The position numbers were made by a program, and so were the translations under genes. This document shows, piece by piece, positions 1-7,588 of a stretch of 14,028 nucleotides of DNA (its first letter is position 1; each line of letters opens with the position of its first letter). A model generated the notes under the pieces. It searched no databases and was not told where the DNA came from. It saw nothing but the letters and a program-made list of their open reading frames with translations. The DNA is from Candidatus Hodarchaeum mangrovi (GTDB lineage Archaea > Asgardarchaeota > Heimdallarchaeia > Hodarchaeales > Hodarchaeaceae), in contig JAEOUE010000068.1 of assembly GCA_016839515.1 (NCBI GenBank), positions 1-14,028 of the forward strand, read 5' to 3'.

Positions 1-1464
1 ATAGATACAAGTGAAAATCCTGCGATTTCAACAAAATATGGCGTACGTAATGTCCCACATGTTTTATATAACGATGAAATTGTTTTGACAGCTCAACAGG
101 CTGCATCTATGTTCTCAAGTTTTACAGTGGAAACAACTGAACCTGCAGGGATGTTTTCCCCTGATCAATATGATCTGTTCAATTATTTGTTTAATAAGCT
201 TATTGAAGCAGGAATAAAGGCGAGTGAAGCAGATCGTGATCGTTGGAGAAAACTATCCATAATAACGGTTTCGGAGCGCCTTCTAAATATTGAAGAGTTA
301 GAGATGGTAACTAGGCCTACTGTAGGTGATTATGTTCACATTGGACATCTCCAATCCATTGTTACCTCGCTTCTAGCTATTAACCCAACAGCCAAGGGGT
401 ATTTATTCCGATCTGGTGAACTTGCAGGTAAATTTGGTGCTGCACAATCATGGATCCATCGATATAATCCTAAAATAATGGGTACTCTCCGAATGAAAGA
501 ACGATTCAAAGAAATATTAAAGGGTTTGAAGATTCTCTATGGACCTAATCAATTAGCATCAAATGTAGCCTCAGATATTACCTTTGAACAATTTTCTGAT
601 TATCATGCCAAACTACATGTCTATGGTTCTGCTCATGCTGTTATGAATACTGATATTGGACAAGATGTGTGTGGATTCCTTGCTGGAGAAGTTGCTGGAC
701 TCATGGAAGTGACTCTTGGTGAAAAGGCAGCTGTAGTTGAAACAAAGTGTTGTGGATTAGGTCATGACCATTGTGAATTTGAGATACGCTTAGGTGAGGA
801 AACCGATCATTACTCACCTAGAAAGATAGAAACAAAAGAATTCTTCAGTGAAACTGATCGATTAAGATTTGAATTGTCCTTAGCGAATATATCTCGTCAC
901 ATGTTTGACTCAATCCTATATCGCCGAATTATGAGACCTGGAACTGGTGATTATATTCATATCTCTGTTCTTCAGCACATTTTGACTTCATTAAAGTTTT
1001 CTGATCCATTTAATTCCACACTATTAGCATATGCGGGTCAGCATTATGGTCAAATGTTAGAAGATGTAGGAAGTATCAGCAGAATAATGCAGCGTCGGAA
1101 TCTAGGTTATTCATTCCCAATGGAGTTTACACAGGCGTGTGAAGTATTAGAATACTATTTAAATTCCCTTATTCAAAGTAAAATACATGCTGATGTTACA
1201 ATTGAAGTTATCAATGATGAATCAGCTAAATTTAAAATTTGGGAAAGTGCTGCTACATCAGGTATAGATTTATCCACAGTAGACCTTTCAGCATTATTTC
1301 CAGGAGTAGAAAAACCTCCAAAAGTGACCGCATTAGATGATTTTCTCTCTGGGTTTATAAATGGACGTTTGGATCTTTTAGTGGAGGATGATGTTAGTGT
1401 TCGTGAAATCAATTGTCAAGCTAGTGGGCATCCCTATTGTGAATTCCTAGCAGAATTAGATTAA
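1..1464 (+). CDS. Thioredoxin-fold domain fused to two tandem V4R-type domains; 5' end truncated by the window edge
   Basis: Frame 1 is open from base 1 and reads IDTSENPAISTKYGVRNVPHVLYNDEIV, in frame with the ORF-track call at 85. This matches the C-terminal half of a thioredoxin fold ('D.DENP.LA.KYGV.SVP' cis-Pro loop). Two repeats follow, about 207 aa apart: RPTVGDYVHIGHLQ (313-354) and RPGTGDYIHISVLQ (934-975). Each ends in a V4R signature: ETKCCGLGHDHCEF (739-780) and EINCQASGHPYCEF (1405-1446). Confidence 0.85.
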   Translation: MDTSENPAISTKYGVRNVPHVLYNDEIVLTAQQAASMFSSFTVETTEPAGMFSPDQYDLFNYLFNKLIEAGIKASEADRDRWRKLSIITVSERLLNIEELEMVTRPTVGDYVHIGHLQSIVTSLLAINPTAKGYLFRSGELAGKFGAAQSWIHRYNPKIMGTLRMKERFKEILKGLKILYGPNQLASNVASDITFEQFSDYHAKLHVYGSAHAVMNTDIGQDVCGFLAGEVAGLMEVTLGEKAAVVETKCCGLGHDHCEFEIRLGEETDHYSPRKIETKEFFSETDRLRFELSLANISRHMFDSILYRRIMRPGTGDYIHISVLQHILTSLKFSDPFNSTLLAYAGQHYGQMLEDVGSISRIMQRRNLGYSFPMEFTQACEVLEYYLNSLIQSKIHADVTIEVINDESAKFKIWESAATSGIDLSTVDLSALFPGVEKPPKVTALDDFLSGFINGRLDLLVEDDVSVREINCQASGHPYCEFLAELD

Positions 1465-1487
1465 TATCAATAAATTCCAATCAAATT

Positions 1488-2093
1488 TTATTTCTTTAAA
1501 ATTCTGGATAGAAGAATAGAAGAACAAATACCACCCAGAAATCCAAAAAAATGTGCTATAACATTTGTATCATTACCAATGGTTATTAAGAAAAAAATTA
1601 TCAGAAGATAAATAATTTTTCTCCGTTCATATTTTGATTTTTTTGGAATTGAGTAAAAAATAGCCCCTAAAAGGGCAAATACGGCTCCTGATGCTCCTAA
1701 GGAGATAAAGTTAATAGAAAAAAAGAGCCAGAAAATAGATGCACAATTACCAATTAATCCCCCAATTATGAATGTAATTATAACTTCCCAGCTGGATTTT
1801 ATCTCCTCAAGCCTTATTCCAAAAATTATTAGAAAAAGAATATTCGATAATAAGTGAACTATATTTGCATGGATTAACATAGCAGTTATCAATCGAAAGA
1901 GCTCCCCTTGAAATATTAAGTTATTATCTTGTCCATACTTGGAAATAAAGCTAGGAGACTGAATAAATAAATTAAAAGGAAAGAAAATCATCCCTATTAA
2001 ATATATAGATATTAAAACAAAGACTAATAGTAATGTTCCTATAAATGAAGGAACTTTATAGGAAAATCTATCAAAATAGGAGTATTTCTTCAT
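1488..2093 (-). CDS. Rhomboid family intramembrane serine protease (GlpG-like)
   Basis: About six hydrophobic segments. Motifs: ELFRLITAMLIHANIVHLLSN (WR-like loop plus HxxxN), catalytic GASG (Ser codon 1689-1691) and AHFFGFLGG (catalytic His 1551-1553). Confidence 0.93.
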   Translation of the reverse strand: MKKYSYFDRFSYKVPSFIGTLLLVFVLISIYLIGMIFFPFNLFIQSPSFISKYGQDNNLIFQGELFRLITAMLIHANIVHLLSNILFLIIFGIRLEEIKSSWEVIITFIIGGLIGNCASIFWLFFSINFISLGASGAVFALLGAIFYSIPKKSKYERRKIIYLLIIFFLITIGNDTNVIAHFFGFLGGICSSILLSRILKK

Positions 2094-3334
2094 ATTATCA
2101 CTCTATCCTTGGTTAATTGTCCTTTATATAAGGTTATTAAAGATAATACAGTTATGATAAACAGCCCAAGTAAAGCTGTCCCCGCTGAAATATAGATTAA
2201 GGGATTAAGAGGATCGGTTTTCCAAAACTTATTCATCCATAATAAGGTCCATACTATTTCCCCAATATAAAATAATATTAGGCCAAAAGAGATTCCCAGT
2301 ATTGGATATAGATTTTTGCGGAATTCTATTAATACAAAAAGATTGATAGACAAGAAGGGGAATAAGAATGGTAGATAATGAGGATACAAAATCCTATTAG
2401 TTAATAAAAATAATGCAACAAATGGAAATACTGCATAAATCACTTTTGAATAATCTGTAAAGGTAATGGTTCGATAAAGTAACACGAAACATATTCCAAG
2501 GGCTAATAATTGAATGATAAAAGGGATTACAGTTTTTGAAAGTTCTTGGAAAAACAGATTGTAGAAAGACATGTTATTATCTAGTCGTGTGGTATGAACA
2601 AGAAATACATCGTAAATGTATTCTTTTGGTGTGAGTATAAGAAAGGGTAAAGACCCCAAAAGAAAAGTTGAGGCTGAAGTAAATCCTATTTTAACAACTC
2701 CTTTATCTTTTTCATGAAACATATATAAAATCAGAGGTATAATGTAAATTATTGTAGTTGGTTTTACTAAGAGACTTAATCCAAAGAAAAACCCACTTTT
2801 GAGATACTTTTTACTTTTAAAAAATAAAAATCCTAAAATGACCCAAAATAACATAAAATGTTCATGATATCCACCAAATATTACTCCCAAGGTTGATGGA
2901 TTAAGTAGAAACCAATTCATTCCCCAAAGGGCAATTTTCTGCCTATTTGGAGAATCTCTAAGTATGTCCTTTAAAGTATAATAAACAAAAATCCCAATAC
3001 TAATGCTAAAAGGAAGTAAAAATAGCTTAATAAGTTGCCATGAGACATTGTTTACTCCGATTAATACAATATAAAATGCAAGTGTATAAAGATAAAGAGG
3101 AGGATATTGAGGATTGGGGAGTAATCTATCATTAAATATTAGATATTCTATATCTCTGTATAAAAGTCTCCCTTGAGCAATTAACTTAGCTGCTTCAAAT
3201 TGTAAAACAAAATCAACTGGATTATAATAAATTAATCCTATAAAAAGATGAATAAAAATATTTACAACTATAGAGATATAGAAGTATTTATTTTCCCGTC
3301 TTAATAACTCTTTTACAAGATACCTATTACGCAT
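2090..3334 (-). CDS. GT-C fold multi-pass glycosyltransferase (GT87/DUF2029, PIG-M/PimE-like), probably using a polyprenyl-phosphate sugar donor
   Basis: N-terminal TM followed by D-F-x-x-x-F-x-A-A...G-x-x-x-Y (DFVLQFEAAKLIAQGRLLY), then YPPLYLY, LLNPSTL, GYHEH and GLSLLVKPTTIIYIIP, and about 10-11 TM segments. Start is uncertain: ATG 3334, ATG 3355, or TTG 3433 as in the ORF track. The stop overlaps the rhomboid start (ATGA, 2090-2093). Confidence 0.75.
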   Translation of the reverse strand: MRNRYLVKELLRRENKYFYISIVVNIFIHLFIGLIYYNPVDFVLQFEAAKLIAQGRLLYRDIEYLIFNDRLLPNPQYPPLYLYTLAFYIVLIGVNNVSWQLIKLFLLPFSISIGIFVYYTLKDILRDSPNRQKIALWGMNWFLLNPSTLGVIFGGYHEHFMLFWVILGFLFFKSKKYLKSGFFFGLSLLVKPTTIIYIIPLILYMFHEKDKGVVKIGFTSASTFLLGSLPFLILTPKEYIYDVFLVHTTRLDNNMSFYNLFFQELSKTVIPFIIQLLALGICFVLLYRTITFTDYSKVIYAVFPFVALFLLTNRILYPHYLPFLFPFLSINLFVLIEFRKNLYPILGISFGLILFYIGEIVWTLLWMNKFWKTDPLNPLIYISAGTALLGLFIITVLSLITLYKGQLTKDRVII

Positions 3335-3527
3335 AAAGGGAAATATTCCTTTCATTGCTAGATAAAATCTCCCAATTTGATGTTCAAGAGAGAAATATTG
3401 TATTTCTAAAATTTTTTCAAGAATTAATTCCAATGAAATTTAAAGATGTCATAAATTAAACTAATAAATTGAAGAAACTATAGCTAGTGAAAGAAATTTG
3501 TAATTCGCTGTAATTGTAATCCTAAGC

Positions 3528-3565
3528 TTTAAATGAATAAATTTGAATGCATAATTTGCTGAGGA
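3528..3565 (+). promoter_or_regulatory. Candidate TATA box (TTTAAA, 3528-3533) and GAGGA ribosome-binding site (3561-3565) for the longin-like gene
   Basis: Position within the divergent intergenic region; GAGG lies 8 nt before the TTG at 3573. The AT-rich background makes the TATA call weak. Confidence 0.35.
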
Positions 3566-3572
3566 AATCCCA

Positions 3573-4337
3573 TTGCCAAAGAAAAAGCCCTCCTGCCCTC
3601 AAATGGCCTTTTTTATTGTCAATCATGGAATTCCTACAGTGAGCTTAGGTTTTCCTAGTGAACAGTCATCTTTGTTATTTGGAGGAATCTTAACTGCTAT
3701 TACCCAATTAACGGAATCAGAGACAGGAATGGGCCAATTGGATGATATTCAAGCCCAAAATGGTCGGATATATCTCCAAAACATGGGACAAGATTCATTA
3801 GTAGGTTTTTTCGTTTGGAGTAAAACTGGTTTTCCACAGCAGATTAATCGTCAAATGAAAGTACTTGCCGGTGTTTTAGGTTCACGTTATCTATCTGAGT
3901 ACTTATTCAATCCTGTTTTTCAAGAGATATTATTAATTGGTGCTTTACCTGAAAAATTTCAAGTATACTTAAGCTTTCAATCTATTTTTACTTGGCGTAA
4001 ACAAATGAAAGAATCACCATTCAGATTAACAAATACACTTGAAGAGGAACTAGCCAAAATTGACGGAAGGCTATTTAATGATTTAGGATTGACCTTATCA
4101 GATTTAACATTTCCTGAAAAAATAGAAAATTCCATAGATCGTGCTGTTTGGTGGGCATTAGGATCTGCATTGAAGACTGACGTCTCTCCTCTAATAACAG
4201 CGAAAAATATAGACCAAATAATTCAGAATTTGAGATTCCGCATTAAAAAATTAATGGCACACGAAATAAAAGCTAGAGGGCCTGCTCGTTTACTCAAAGA
4301 TAGTCTTCGTGAGGTTAAATTTGAATGGCCACGATAG
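3573..4337 (+). CDS. Protein with an N-terminal longin-like domain and a helical C-terminal region
   Basis: N-terminal ~110 aa follow a beta-beta-alpha-beta-beta-beta-alpha pattern: AFFIVNHGIPTV / LLFGGILTAITQLTESETGMGQLDDI / RIYLQ / SLVGFFVW / long helix RQMKVLAGVLGSRYLSEY. 'L(F)xGxLTAI..(F/L)..E...G.L..I' is the pattern I recognise from archaeal (Asgard) longin-like domains. TTG start with GAGG upstream. Confidence 0.65.
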   Translation: MPKKKPSCPQMAFFIVNHGIPTVSLGFPSEQSSLLFGGILTAITQLTESETGMGQLDDIQAQNGRIYLQNMGQDSLVGFFVWSKTGFPQQINRQMKVLAGVLGSRYLSEYLFNPVFQEILLIGALPEKFQVYLSFQSIFTWRKQMKESPFRLTNTLEEELAKIDGRLFNDLGLTLSDLTFPEKIENSIDRAVWWALGSALKTDVSPLITAKNIDQIIQNLRFRIKKLMAHEIKARGPARLLKDSLREVKFEWPR

Positions 4338-6124
4338 AAAGTATTACTGCGGGTAAATTACTTCTTGAGTTTTTAAGAAATTATAACGATGAACCATTTG
4401 GTGAGCAAGCACTTGTTATTACTAAACAGTTACTTGACATCGCATTTCCAGAAAAGTCACAACACGATAAGTTGGATTTAACTGAATTGGAATCCTTATT
4501 AGCTGAAGCTGAAATTGAATCAAAAGTTCGAAAAACACCATTTTTCAATTCTTTAATAAAATTTGTCCAATCCAATCCTCCATCTACTATTCGGAATAAA
4601 CAACCTAGTCTTCTTCAGAAAGAATTAATCCAACTTATTGAGTCTGATAAAGAATTTCCAAGTTTTGAAATTTCTAGAGCAACTTATGATCTTTCAGGTA
4701 ATCCAGAATCAGCTTCTTTTGCTAGAACTCAACTTGAAGGTGCTCTAATAAGCACAACAGCATCATTATTCTGTTTTTTATTAATTGAAGAAGAAGGAAA
4801 GTCTGGAAAATTCTTTCATGATTTGGATCACAACATCCACGTAATTGCAAAACAAATGCATCGTGTTACTACATTAATTCGCTTTCTCAAAGAATTGAAT
4901 CAATACTCTTGGAATTACACCCCTATTATTGGATGTTTACCATCCTTGGAAGAATTGAAGACTAAAGATATATGTAAATACCTTGGAGATAATTTTCAAA
5001 CCTATCTTGAAAAATTTCAAGAAAAAATTTTGAATAATTTTCAAAAAAATTACAAAGAACATATTTTAATGATGATTGACTCTTCCTATGAAGAAATGAC
5101 AAAAAATAGAGACAAATTACCAATTGATACTGATGAAGAGACTCTTCCTAATCTCCAGAAATTGAAATTAAAAACAATTAATGAATTGCAAAAAATTGAA
5201 CAGAAATTAAAAAATGGAAAAAATATCAGTTCTAAGGAATTTGAATCAATCAAAAATTCTTTTTTGAAAAATTGTGAAAAAATTGAAAGATCAATTGAAA
5301 AAGAACTATCAAATTTTAATAGTCTAGTTGTGAGTAAGATAAATGAAGAACCTAAATGGCTTAAATATCACAAAAAAGGTGAAAATTGGGAATTACATTC
5401 TTCAGAAGAAATTATTAAGCTTCTTGACTCAAAACTAAAGATTTTAAATGCCTTTTCGATTGAAAAAAAAACTAAAGAAATAAAACAGGCAATTTCAATA
5501 TTTGAGCAACTGGGTGGTATTCATTTTGCCATGGAAAATATAATTGCTCATGATTTTTATGAACGTTTACCATCTAGACTCCAAAAAACAATTGAATCAC
5601 CAGCTAAACTAGTCAAGAACAAAGAAGTTAAGTATTTACAGGAAATCCGATATAATGAAGGATTGGAGGCTGTTCAAGCATATTTAATTCCTTATTCAGA
5701 AAAGATAATATCAAATCTCTTAACTATTGGATTAGAACACATCAAAAGTTTTTATATACTAGAATCTCCTCAAATTTCTATTGATGAAGAAAATATAAGA
5801 TATCCTAAATATTTAGATTTATTAGACCTTCCTCGAGACTTTTTGGGAAATAAACCTCCGGAAACTTTCTTTGAAAGCGAAGATTTCACATTTCGTGTCC
5901 GTGAATCATCTTTTAACATTGGACTTAACTTAAACACCTTTGTTGGCAAAGGAAATGACTTATTTAGCTTATTAGTTTCCTCTGCTTCATTTGAAAATGC
6001 AGAAATTTATAAAAAAGCCACTAAGATTCTCGGAAAATTTACAGGATATGTTTATTCCACTGCATTAGGAAATATGAGGGTTTGTCCACCATCATTAAAA
6101 GCAGTGGATGATTTGTTCTTATGA
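4325..6124 (+). CDS. Hypothetical 599-aa soluble, mostly alpha-helical protein with a K/E-rich central coiled-coil-like region
   Basis: Long ORF overlapping the upstream gene by 13 nt, with its own RBS (GTGAGGT, 4309-4315). No TM segments and no recognisable catalytic motif. Confidence refers to it being a real CDS; the function is unknown. Confidence 0.85.
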   Translation: MATIESITAGKLLLEFLRNYNDEPFGEQALVITKQLLDIAFPEKSQHDKLDLTELESLLAEAEIESKVRKTPFFNSLIKFVQSNPPSTIRNKQPSLLQKELIQLIESDKEFPSFEISRATYDLSGNPESASFARTQLEGALISTTASLFCFLLIEEEGKSGKFFHDLDHNIHVIAKQMHRVTTLIRFLKELNQYSWNYTPIIGCLPSLEELKTKDICKYLGDNFQTYLEKFQEKILNNFQKNYKEHILMMIDSSYEEMTKNRDKLPIDTDEETLPNLQKLKLKTINELQKIEQKLKNGKNISSKEFESIKNSFLKNCEKIERSIEKELSNFNSLVVSKINEEPKWLKYHKKGENWELHSSEEIIKLLDSKLKILNAFSIEKKTKEIKQAISIFEQLGGIHFAMENIIAHDFYERLPSRLQKTIESPAKLVKNKEVKYLQEIRYNEGLEAVQAYLIPYSEKIISNLLTIGLEHIKSFYILESPQISIDEENIRYPKYLDLLDLPRDFLGNKPPETFFESEDFTFRVRESSFNIGLNLNTFVGKGNDLFSLLVSSASFENAEIYKKATKILGKFTGYVYSTALGNMRVCPPSLKAVDDLFL

Positions 6125-6125
6125 A

Positions 6126-7481
6126 TCAGTTTTCTCCATAAAGGTTTTTTATTGTAGCCCTCCAAATCATAAAGTCATCTGGAGATTCTGGAAAACTATT
6201 ATATAAATCTCTGGCTTGACTCATCTTATTTAATACGGTTCTAAATTTCAATAATGTACCAAGAATTCTTCTTCCGCGCCATGCTCGTTGTAATAGTTTT
6301 AAAATCCCTTCTGATACTTGACCTGATGCATTTCCGTAGAGAAGTTCATCTCCTTCTACTATCTTTTTATGGAAGATATGATTGATAACCGAACTTGGTA
6401 AAGGAATGACAAAATCTTTCATTAATGCTAGGGGAGCGTTGACAGATGCAATTTTTGCCATAAATTCGACATTATATGGCCATAGACTTTTTATTGAAAC
6501 GTCATCATACTCTAAAGCATTAGTAATTGCTTTCCCGGCCATAGCTCCTGCTTGGATAGAAATTCCGATACCTCCACCATCTGTAGGCTTAACCTGAGTT
6601 CCAGCATCTCCAACAAGGACAAATCCATTCCAAACAAGATTATCTTGAGGTCGTCTAAGAGGAACTCGCCAAGCTCCTCCATGAATGACTTTTGAATTTC
6701 TATAGAGCTTTTCTTTTCGTTTTAAATATAAATTAAATTGTTGATGGGGATTTAATTGATTGATACGCATTACTCCTAGACCTGCATTCATAGAATTTGG
6801 ACCTCGTGGAAACTCCCATAAATACCCTCCAGGACATAATTCCTGGTCAAATTTAATACGAATAAATCCAGGTGATTCGATCTCTGTTTCTAGATCACGA
6901 ACTTCACGATAGCAATTACACACATCTTTGTCCTGTAGATTAATGTCCATAAAAGTCTTTTCGGGGTCTAATTTAGTACGTAAAACCGCTCCTATTCCAG
7001 ATGCGTCTACAATAACCCTTGCTGTCATTTCATGTAGATTATTATCACTTCCTCTATATTTTACCCCAATAACTTGATCTTTTTGGATAATTGGTTCTTT
7101 AACCATAGAATTTTCATGAAATTCCGCCCCATAATTTATAGCGTCTTCAAGCATCCTCATGCCTAATTTAAATCGGTCGATCAAAACACCTGTTGTGTTT
7201 TCTTCGATTAATTCAAATTTTACTTTTTGATCTGGAGAAATTAACCATGCTCCTTTAACATATTGTCGTATTTCATCTCCATGTGGTGGTTTAATATTAA
7301 TTACATCTTTAATTCGTCTAAAATGGTCTGTTGAAGTAGCATCCCCACACACCTTTATTCCAATTTTTTCTTTAGGTTTTCTATCCATGAGAGCAACTTT
7401 AAATCCTTTATTCGCTAATGCAGCACTTGTTACAGTCCCACCTGTTCCTGCTCCAACAACTATTATGTCATAATTAGTCAT
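6126..7481 (-). CDS. Geranylgeranyl reductase family flavoprotein (digeranylgeranylglycerophospholipid reductase-like)
   Basis: YDIIVVGAGTGG (FAD-binding GxGxxG), KVCGD, VIVDASG, PGGYLWEFP (GGR PxxYxWxFP motif) and LVGDAG...PTDGGGI. ATG at 7481 is preferred over GTG 7490 because GGTGAT (7491-7486) forms an archaeal-type SD just upstream. Confidence 0.9.
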   Translation of the reverse strand: MTNYDIIVVGAGTGGTVTSAALANKGFKVALMDRKPKEKIGIKVCGDATSTDHFRRIKDVINIKPPHGDEIRQYVKGAWLISPDQKVKFELIEENTTGVLIDRFKLGMRMLEDAINYGAEFHENSMVKEPIIQKDQVIGVKYRGSDNNLHEMTARVIVDASGIGAVLRTKLDPEKTFMDINLQDKDVCNCYREVRDLETEIESPGFIRIKFDQELCPGGYLWEFPRGPNSMNAGLGVMRINQLNPHQQFNLYLKRKEKLYRNSKVIHGGAWRVPLRRPQDNLVWNGFVLVGDAGTQVKPTDGGGIGISIQAGAMAGKAITNALEYDDVSIKSLWPYNVEFMAKIASVNAPLALMKDFVIPLPSSVINHIFHKKIVEGDELLYGNASGQVSEGILKLLQRAWRGRRILGTLLKFRTVLNKMSQARDLYNSFPESPDDFMIWRATIKNLYGEN

Positions 7482-7485
7482 AAGG

Positions 7486-7491
7486 ATCACC
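7486..7491 (-). promoter_or_regulatory. Archaeal-type Shine-Dalgarno GGTGAT for the geranylgeranyl reductase gene
   Basis: The minus strand reads cGGTGATccttATG, complementary to the AUCACC segment near the 16S rRNA 3' end. Confidence 0.55.
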
Positions 7492-7588
7492 GATATTGTT
7501 TTTAATAATTATGAGAAGAATTTATTATAATGCTATAATTGTTTATTATAAGTAAATCCGAAATAATTTCTTAAAATTAGTCTGACTA

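Noticed and set aside
85-87. TTG at 85 as the start of the first gene
   Set aside because: The frame is open to base 1 and encodes a recognisable thioredoxin-like segment, so the true start lies outside the window.
1173-1412. 79-aa minus-strand ORF
   Set aside because: Antisense shadow of the V4R gene; Ser-rich with no motif.
4325-4337. Possible frameshift splitting one long longin-helical gene
   Set aside because: The downstream ORF has its own ATG and a well-placed GTGAGGT RBS, and there is no obvious slippery run. A normal overlapping gene pair is more likely.
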